A stretch of 64,000 bases of DNA from a bacterium. Its GTDB lineage: Bacteria; Elusimicrobiota; Elusimicrobia; Elusimicrobiales; UBA9959. Under the pieces are notes generated by a model that was not told where the DNA came from, did not search any database, and was given only the letters and a program-made list of their open reading frames with translations. Location: contig JAJZPF010000005.1 of NCBI GenBank assembly GCA_021811315.1, forward strand, positions 5,543 through 69,542, read 5' to 3'. A program made the position numbers and the translations under genes. Shown one piece after another: positions 57,614 through 64,000 of the stretch (positions are counted from its first letter, which is position 1; each line of letters begins with the position of its first letter).

Positions 57614-60139
57614 ATGGAAAGCATAGTCTTTTTCGGAAAAGGCGGCATAGGCAAGAGCACCATAGCCGCCAATATCTCCGTGCTGTTCGCCGCGAAGGGC
57701 AGGAAGGTCCTTCACGTCGGCTGCGACCCGAAGATGGATTCCACGCTTTCGCTCATGGGGCGCCGCATACGCCCTTTCAACGACCAGGGAGGCTCCGACG
57801 AGGAAGCCCTGCGCCGGTCGCTCCACCGCTCGATCAAAGGCATAGACTGCATCGAGGCCGGCGGCCCCCAGGCCGGGGTCGGCTGCGCCGGCGCCGGCAT
57901 AGGCGCGATGCTCGACGCGATCAAGGACTCCGCGCTGATAGAGAAAGAAGGCTACGACACGGTGGTCTTCGACGTCCTCGGCGACGTGGTCTGCGGCGGT
58001 TTCGCCGCGCCGCTGCGCCGCGGTTTCGCGAGCAAAGCCATCCTCGTCGTCTCCGAGGAGCTCCTCTCCCTTTACGCCGCGAACAATCTTATCTCGATGG
58101 TGAACAATTACGCCAGGAACGGGGTGTTCCTGGCAGGCCTGGCCGTCAACGCCAAGGACCAGGCCGCCGTCAGGCTGGCCCACGATTTCGCGCGCGCCGC
58201 GAATACGCGGGTACTGGGCGTGATACCGAGGGACCCGGCGGTCACAAGGGCGGAAAAAGCCCGCAAGCCGGTGGTCGCGCTCGAGCCGCGCAGCGAAGCG
58301 GCCAAAAGCCTGGCGCGCCTCGCCGCGGAGATAGCCGCGGCCGGCATCCCCTCCTCGCCGCCGCGGATGCTGGGCCCGGCCGAGTTCGAGGCTTTCATGG
58401 ACGACAGGCCGGTCAAGCCGGAAGGGAAGAGCGCCGGGCCCGCCGCCAGCCCCGCCGTCAAAAAAAACAAAGTCGCCTCTTCGGCCCTGCTCGAGAGGTC
58501 CGGCTTCAGCATGACCGGCGTGGCCGGGGGACAGGTGGTCTGCTCCTGGAAAGGCGGCGGCACGACTTTCAGGCTTTTCATCGCCCCGGAGTCCGACTCC
58601 AGGCCGGGCATGTCCGCCATAGGCGACTGGGCTTTCTGCTTCCTGCCGGGAGAGGAGCCCCCCTCCGACATTTCCCGCGAAGGCTTCCACGCCGCGCTGA
58701 AAGAGATCTCCACCCTGCGCTTCGACGATTTCATCTCCGCCTTCAGCGGCAAGCTGGATTTTTACGAGAACGTGGATTCCTTCGGAAAAGGCTCCTCTCA
58801 CCCGCTCATGCCGGAAGGAGACAAGCCGGAGGAGCCCTACATAGGCTTCGGGCAGTGGCAGCGCTTTCTCTTTTCCGACAGTTCCGGCATCTGCGTGCCT
58901 CCGGGCTCGGTGATGGTGGAGCACGGCGATAACGAGTGCCGCTTCAGCAGCTGCTCCCAGACCCCGCTGAGCACTTTCCAGAAAATAGCGGGGCTCGCCA
59001 ACGATTCCACCCCCTCCCTCGCGCCGCTCCTCCCCAAGGAGGATCACATGATAGTCAATACCGATTTCCTTTACGAGGACGCCGTCAAAGGCGACGAGAA
59101 AAAGATAGCCGGCACCCTGGCGGCGGCGGCCGCGCGTACCGGCCCGGGCGGGCTGATCGAGTTTTACAGCGGCTGCGCCCCCCTCATCCTGGCCAGCGAC
59201 GTCGCCTCGTTCAGCGATAAGGTCGCCCGCGACCTGGGCGTGGAAGTTCTGCGGGAGAACTTCAACAGCTTTTACTCGCAAACCCCGGAGAAGGTGCGGG
59301 CCCGCTCCGCTTTCGTGGCGCGCAGGCTGGCCGCGCTCGGGCGCGTGAAGCCGGCGCAGGACGTGAACCTGATAAATTTCGGCAGCTCGCGCGAGCCGCT
59401 TACCGCCCTGCTGGCCGCCAAGGGCCTGGCCGTGAAGGACTGGGACACCGAGTTCTACAAAGATATCGCTTCCGCGCGGCTGCAGGTCCTGTCTTCCGCC
59501 GACCCGGTGCTGACCGGGGCTTTCGACAAGCTAGGGATAAAATGGACGGCCCCGGGCGCGCCCTACGGCTTCGCGGCCACGAAGGCCTGGCTGCGCGCGC
59601 TGTTCGCCGCCCTCGGCAGGAAAAGCCCCCCCGAAGGCTTCGGCCCCTCCAGGAAGGAGTCGGCCGCCCACGCCGCGGCGGCAAAAAAGCTTTCCCGCTT
59701 CGCCGCCGGCTTCGTGGCCTCGCCCGGGGAATTCGGCATGCTGGAAGGGACCTGGGCCGTCTCCGGAGTTCCGCTTATTTCTTTTCTTTCCGAGTCCGGC
59801 CTGGCCCTCAGGCTTTTCGTCCACGCCGCGGGTCCCGAAATAAAAGCCCTCGCCAGGACCGAAGCCGCCGCCCTCGCCGCCAAAACGGGGACGAAGCCGC
59901 GGCTGGCTTTCTTCGACAGCCCCGGCGCGCTTTTAAAGACGCTGGCCGCCGACCGCGCCCTCCGCCTGGTCTATTCGGACATCCCCCTCGACCCGCGGCT
60001 GTCCGCGGCAGGGAAAAACTCTTTTTCGGTGGCGGTCTGCGAGCCCGGCTACGAGGGCGCCCTGGAAACCCTGCGCAGGCTGGCGCAGCTTTGCGAATGG
60101 GATTTCAATGAAAGATATTACTTCACAAAAAGCGTTTGA
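57614..60139 (+). CDS. Nitrogenase-like Fe protein (NifH/BchL/CfbC family) fused to a nitrogenase component-1-like domain
   Basis: GKGGIGKST, GCDPK, EAGGP.AGVGCAG, DVLGDVVCGGF; C-half HGDNEC, SGC.P, PYGFAATKAWL, GYEGA. Confidence 0.88.
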   Translation: MESIVFFGKGGIGKSTIAANISVLFAAKGRKVLHVGCDPKMDSTLSLMGRRIRPFNDQGGSDEEALRRSLHRSIKGIDCIEAGGPQAGVGCAGAGIGAMLDAIKDSALIEKEGYDTVVFDVLGDVVCGGFAAPLRRGFASKAILVVSEELLSLYAANNLISMVNNYARNGVFLAGLAVNAKDQAAVRLAHDFARAANTRVLGVIPRDPAVTRAEKARKPVVALEPRSEAAKSLARLAAEIAAAGIPSSPPRMLGPAEFEAFMDDRPVKPEGKSAGPAASPAVKKNKVASSALLERSGFSMTGVAGGQVVCSWKGGGTTFRLFIAPESDSRPGMSAIGDWAFCFLPGEEPPSDISREGFHAALKEISTLRFDDFISAFSGKLDFYENVDSFGKGSSHPLMPEGDKPEEPYIGFGQWQRFLFSDSSGICVPPGSVMVEHGDNECRFSSCSQTPLSTFQKIAGLANDSTPSLAPLLPKEDHMIVNTDFLYEDAVKGDEKKIAGTLAAAAARTGPGGLIEFYSGCAPLILASDVASFSDKVARDLGVEVLRENFNSFYSQTPEKVRARSAFVARRLAALGRVKPAQDVNLINFGSSREPLTALLAAKGLAVKDWDTEFYKDIASARLQVLSSADPVLTGAFDKLGIKWTAPGAPYGFAATKAWLRALFAALGRKSPPEGFGPSRKESAAHAAAAKKLSRFAAGFVASPGEFGMLEGTWAVSGVPLISFLSESGLALRLFVHAAGPEIKALARTEAAALAAKTGTKPRLAFFDSPGALLKTLAADRALRLVYSDIPLDPRLSAAGKNSFSVAVCEPGYEGALETLRRLAQLCEWDFNERYYFTKSV

Positions 60140-61421
60140 AAAAACCTACCAGCTTCCTTACCTGCTGGGCGTCTTCCTGAGCCTCAACGCCGTCAGCGAC
60201 GCCTGCCTCATGGTGGACGGCGCGAACTGCGTCATGGTCAAAGCCGACCTGATAGCCGGCAACCACGACCTCTTCTCCACTCTTTTATCCGAATCCGGCC
60301 GGCACCGCATCATCTGCACGATGTGGACGCCCGTAAATCCCCCCAAGAACCCGGAGAAAAAGCTCGGCGCGATGCTCAACAGCGTGGCAGGCTCCGGGCA
60401 GTTCGGCGCGGTGCTCCTGACCGGCCTCCCTTACTGCTGGCTGGCCGGGATGGACTATGACGGCGTAGCGCGGGCCGTCTCCTCCAAAGCGCCGGTGGCG
60501 GCCATACCGGCCAAGTCGATGGATTCGGACTGGCTGGAAGGCTATGACCTGACCCTGGAGGCGCTCGCCCGGGCCATACCGGAGAGGAAGCCCGGGAAAC
60601 GCGCCAAAAATAAAGTCGCGCTGGTCGGCTATATGTTCGACAGGAACGAAAGCGACCATGCGGCTAACTTGAAAGAACTTACCCGGCTGCTGAGAATTTC
60701 CGGGCTCGACGTAGTTTCTATCTGGCCTTCCGGCGGAACCGTCGCCGAGCTGGCGCGCGTGTCCGAAGCCTCCCTTATCGTTTCCCTGCCCTACGGCAGA
60801 AAAGCCGCCAAAACCCTGGCCCGTAAATACGGCTGCGAACTCCTCGAGACCGGCCTGCCTATGGGGCTGAAAGGGACCTCCTCCTGGCTGGCCGCGGTCC
60901 GCCGCGCGGCGGGCCTGCCGGGCGCCCTGCCCCGGGAGATCCTGGTGGAAGAGCGGGAAGCCGCCAGGACCATAGCCCCGGCGCTTCGCGCCCTCCTCCA
61001 CAAAAAGCTGATGTTCGCCGGGGACCCTTACCTTTATTCCGCTTTCGCTTCTTTCGCGGCCGAGCTGTGCGCGACCCTGCCGCTGGTCTTCCTGGACTCC
61101 TCCAGGCGCCCGCTTGGCGCCGGGGCGGCGGAGGGGAGCGTTCTCTTCGCGCCGTCCACCGAGGACGCCAAAGCCGCCAGGAAAGCCCTTTCACGCTATC
61201 AAGCGCCGAACCTTGCCGTCGTCAATTCTTTCGCGCTTACCGAAGGTTTCGCGGACGGGCTCCCTTTCGTGGAATTCGGCTTTCCGTCTTACGGGCACCA
61301 CTGCCTTCTGGACGAGCCCTATTTCGGTTTCAGCGGCGCCCGGGCCCTGGCTTCGCGCATGCTGAACTCGCTGCAGACAAGGAGCAAGGCCAGCTCCTCG
61401 GGAGCGGACCGCTCGGCGTAA
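60108..61421 (+). CDS. Nitrogenase component-1 family subunit (NifD/K, BchN/B, CfbD-like paralog)
   Basis: VDGANC, DWLEGY, ELTRLL..SGL, PMGLKGTSSWL, GFPSY, PYFGFSGA; 32-nt overlap with the upstream fusion gene. Confidence 0.85.
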   Translation: MKDITSQKAFEKTYQLPYLLGVFLSLNAVSDACLMVDGANCVMVKADLIAGNHDLFSTLLSESGRHRIICTMWTPVNPPKNPEKKLGAMLNSVAGSGQFGAVLLTGLPYCWLAGMDYDGVARAVSSKAPVAAIPAKSMDSDWLEGYDLTLEALARAIPERKPGKRAKNKVALVGYMFDRNESDHAANLKELTRLLRISGLDVVSIWPSGGTVAELARVSEASLIVSLPYGRKAAKTLARKYGCELLETGLPMGLKGTSSWLAAVRRAAGLPGALPREILVEEREAARTIAPALRALLHKKLMFAGDPYLYSAFASFAAELCATLPLVFLDSSRRPLGAGAAEGSVLFAPSTEDAKAARKALSRYQAPNLAVVNSFALTEGFADGLPFVEFGFPSYGHHCLLDEPYFGFSGARALASRMLNSLQTRSKASSSGADRSA

Positions 61422-61448
61422 GAAGTCCTGTTTCGGGAGGGGGTTACT

Positions 61449-62483
61449 TTGTCGATCAAAAAAACCATATTGCTGGTTTCCGCCCTGGCGCTGGCCGCCG
61501 GAGGCTGCTCCAGGCGCGGCAGCACCGCGACTTTCACGCAAAAAGCCTATATAATGAACGTGTCCGCGCAGTTCCGGGCCTACGGCCCGCACACGCCGGG
61601 GGCGAAGGAGCTCGCCGACGAGATCTTCGCGGAATGGGAGCGGATATCCGGAGAGCTGAGCTATAGCGACGCCTACAGCCTTACTACGGTGGTGAATAAA
61701 AAAGCCGGGAAAGAATGGGCCCCCGTCACCGACGAGTTCATGCGCCTGCTCCTGCTCGCCCTGGACTACAACCGCCTGACCGACGGCGCTTTCGACATAA
61801 CTTTCGCGCCGCTCTGGCCGCTCTGGAAAGAGGCGGCCTCGAGCAAGACCCTGCCGGCGAAAGCGGATATCGAGAAGGCCCTGCGGGACATAGGCTCGAA
61901 ATACATCCAGGTCGACGCGGCGAAAAAACTGGTGAGGTTTTCCCGGCCCGTCGAGATAAACCTGGGCGGCCTGCTGCGCGGCTATTCTTTCGAGCGCGCC
62001 TACCAGATCCTCAAAGAGCGGAACCCGCCCTACCCGGTGCAGCTCAGGCTCGGCGGGAACACGCTGGTCTACGGGAAAAGGCCGTGGAAATACCGGGTTC
62101 CGGACCCGATGAACAAAGGAAAGAACCTGGGGATGTTCGCCTTCGAGGACGGGATGATAATTTCCTCCTCCGGGCGCGACGTTTTCGTCGAGATAGAGGG
62201 AAAGCTTTATTCCCATATCCTGGACCTGCGGACCGGGTATCCGATAAAGGATTTCTCGATGCTTACCATCTATTATCCCGGCATCGAGGACGAGAATTTC
62301 CTGGCCTCCGCGGCGCTGGCGGTGATGGGCAGGGAAAAAGCGTTCAAGCTTCTGAGCGGAGTAAAAGGCACGGCGGCCGTCTGGATAGACGGCGAAGGAA
62401 AAATGCACCGCCAGTTCAACGAAGCCAGCAAAGCGAAGTGGGAAGAGGACAAGAGTTCTTTTAACAGGATGCTGGGCAGATAA
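61449..62483 (+). CDS. apbE: FAD:protein FMN transferase (ApbE family) lipoprotein
   Basis: Lipobox AAGGC, TDGAFDIT..PL..LW, INLGG, SSG, YSHILD.RTGYP; TTG start. Confidence 0.85.
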   Translation: MSIKKTILLVSALALAAGGCSRRGSTATFTQKAYIMNVSAQFRAYGPHTPGAKELADEIFAEWERISGELSYSDAYSLTTVVNKKAGKEWAPVTDEFMRLLLLALDYNRLTDGAFDITFAPLWPLWKEAASSKTLPAKADIEKALRDIGSKYIQVDAAKKLVRFSRPVEINLGGLLRGYSFERAYQILKERNPPYPVQLRLGGNTLVYGKRPWKYRVPDPMNKGKNLGMFAFEDGMIISSSGRDVFVEIEGKLYSHILDLRTGYPIKDFSMLTIYYPGIEDENFLASAALAVMGREKAFKLLSGVKGTAAVWIDGEGKMHRQFNEASKAKWEEDKSSFNRMLGR

Positions 62484-62493
62484 CCGGGCAGTC

Positions 62494-62534
62494 AAATAAA
62501 AAGCCCCGCGGCGCTGCCGCGGGGCTTTTTATTT
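62494..62534. terminator. Bidirectional rho-independent terminator
   Basis: aaataaaaagccccgcggc-gct-gccgcggggctttttattt, a perfect inverted repeat between convergent apbE and ygeY. Confidence 0.92.
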
Positions 62535-62542
62535 ACCGGCTT

Positions 62543-63733
62543 TTACAGGTACTGCGGGATAGCGGCGTAGAAAGCCGCGGCTTTCACCAGGTCCTCGGCC
62601 GGCATGAACTCGTTTACGGTATGGGCGTAAACTTCATTGCCGGGGCCGAAACCGATGGTCGGGATATTCAGGCGGCCGGCCGTGGCCACGCCGTTGGTGG
62701 AGAACACCCATTTGTCCACCACGGGCGTCTTGCCCAGCGCGACCTTGCCGGCTTCCACGCCGGCTTTCACCAGCTTATGTCCGGCGGGCAGGACCCAGGT
62801 AGGGAAGTATTTTTCCTGGTCCACTTTCGCGCCGGTCCAGGCGACGGCATTGTACCAGAGCACTTCGACCCTGGCTTTGGCCTTCTTCACGGAAGGCAGG
62901 CGCTGTATCTCGGCCACCGAGCTCTTCAGGGTCTCGCCCAGGGTCAGGCGGCGGTCGAGGTAGATGGTGCATTCGTCGGGCACGGCGTTATAGGACGGGG
63001 TTTTGCACTCGATACAGGTCACGGCCACGGAGCCTTTGCCGAGGAATTTGTCGGTCTTGAGCTTCTTGTTGATGGCGGTTATCTCTTTTACGATGTCCGA
63101 CATCTTCACCACGGCGTTATCGCCGCGCTCTGGGGCGGAAGCGTGGCAGGAGCGGCCCTTGGTGACGACCTTCATCTCCATCCGGCCGCGGTGGCCGCGG
63201 TAGACCTTGAGGTCGGTGGGCTCGGTTATGACGACGAAGTCGGGGCGGAGCTTCTCTTTATTGATGAGGTGGAGGAGCGGCAGCCCGTCGCAGTCCTCTT
63301 CCATCACGGAGCCTACGACCATGAGGGTGTAGTCGCCTTCGAGCTTGAGGTCCTTTATTATTTTACCGGCGTAGACCATGGAGGCCATGGAGAGCTTCTG
63401 GTCGGTGGCGCCGCGGCCGTAGATGGTGTCGTTCTTGTAGATGCCGGCGAAGGGGTCTATCTTCCAGGCTTTGGGGTCGCCGATGCCGACGGTGTCGATA
63501 TGGGCGTCGAGCATGATCTTCTTTTTGCCGTGGCCGATGAAGCCGATGATATTGCCGATGGCGTCGATCCTTATTTTATCGAAGCCGACCTTGATCATCT
63601 CTTTCTTTATGAGTTCGACGAGCTTGCCTTCCTGGCAGGAAAAGCTGGGCGTGCGGATAATATTGCGCGCGAAAGCGACTATATCCTTCTTATATTTGTT
63701 TGCGGCCTGGCGAATCAATTCAGCGTTGTTCAT
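62543..63733 (-). CDS. ygeY: YgeY family M20 metallohydrolase
   Basis: DAHIDTVG, YGRGATDQK, EEDCDG, TEPT, RGHRGRME, HASAPERGDNA, KWVFSTNGV, GFGPG; GGAGG RBS. Confidence 0.92.
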   Translation of the reverse strand: MNNAELIRQAANKYKKDIVAFARNIIRTPSFSCQEGKLVELIKKEMIKVGFDKIRIDAIGNIIGFIGHGKKKIMLDAHIDTVGIGDPKAWKIDPFAGIYKNDTIYGRGATDQKLSMASMVYAGKIIKDLKLEGDYTLMVVGSVMEEDCDGLPLLHLINKEKLRPDFVVITEPTDLKVYRGHRGRMEMKVVTKGRSCHASAPERGDNAVVKMSDIVKEITAINKKLKTDKFLGKGSVAVTCIECKTPSYNAVPDECTIYLDRRLTLGETLKSSVAEIQRLPSVKKAKARVEVLWYNAVAWTGAKVDQEKYFPTWVLPAGHKLVKAGVEAGKVALGKTPVVDKWVFSTNGVATAGRLNIPTIGFGPGNEVYAHTVNEFMPAEDLVKAAAFYAAIPQYL

Positions 63734-63832
63734 TTTGTCCTCCGTCGTCTATCTTCTAGGTATATTCTATATCTATGGGGGCAATGTTGTAAATCTGATT
63801 AATATGAGAGAAGAACCGCGAGATGCGAAGTC

Positions 63833-63968
63833 GGGGTGGCAAGGGTATGGGCCCTTCGCTCACGGGCTCTCGCACACCGTGCTCGGCCCTCCTCTCTCGG
63901 CCTCCGCGCTTACGCAAGCGTCGGCCTCCGAGAGGTCGCTCAGAACCCATACCCTTGCCACCCCTCCA
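63833..63968 (+). repeat. Structured ~135-nt element, copy 2
   Basis: Perfect 19-bp inverted repeat ggggtggcaagggtatggg / cccatacccttgccacccc enclosing the core shared with copy 1, followed by TCCA. Confidence 0.8.
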
Positions 63969-64000
63969 ACATAAACGATCCAAGGACTTAATATGGTTTA

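Noticed and set aside
57614-61421. Nitrogen fixation (nifHDK)
   Set aside because: Fused architecture, CAGAG instead of CAGRG, no evident FeMo-co/P-cluster ligand set and no nifB/E/N in the window
63833-63968. tRNA/tmRNA call for the TCCA-ending elements
   Set aside because: No T-loop TTCRA, D-arm or anticodon arm; the 19-bp stem is too long; kept as an unclassified repeat
1-64000. Integrase, transposase, prophage, rRNA or tRNA marking an island boundary
   Set aside because: None recognisable in the ORF track or sequence

Overview
High-GC bacterial window; the gene content suggests Elusimicrobiota, which is inference only. Most of the window (~4.7-61.4 kb) is one very large tailoring-enzyme cluster. 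It holds 18 radical SAM genes (8 clearly and 1 probably cobalamin-binding; one split by a frameshift), including a His-Xaa-Ser system maturase HxsB and HxsC-like enzymes. It also encodes a 108-aa precursor-like peptide ending in 16 His-Xaa-Ser repeats, a nitrogenase-like reductase (NifH domain fused to a component-1 domain, plus a second component-1 subunit), a tandemly duplicated UbiU/UbiV-like U32 pair, an AsnB-like ligase lacking the glutaminase Cys, two CrtI-like and two Glf/PPO-like flavoproteins, methyltransferases and a lipid-linked glycosylation set. The cluster is interleaved with scattered genes of the anaerobic purine-catabolism set (carbamate kinase, YgeW, YgeY, plus a threonine-synthase-like PLP enzyme). 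Two ~135-nt structured repeats, with different 19-bp closing stems, a shared core and a TCCA tail, bracket the ygeW to ygeY segment. The best candidate for a new system is a hypermodified His-Xaa-Ser RiPP or surface peptide pathway that uses a nitrogenase-like reductase. Nitrogenase paralogs beside many radical SAM genes have been reported in groundwater Elusimicrobia; the link to a peptide substrate is my inference. All calls rest on motifs read by eye, with no database searches.
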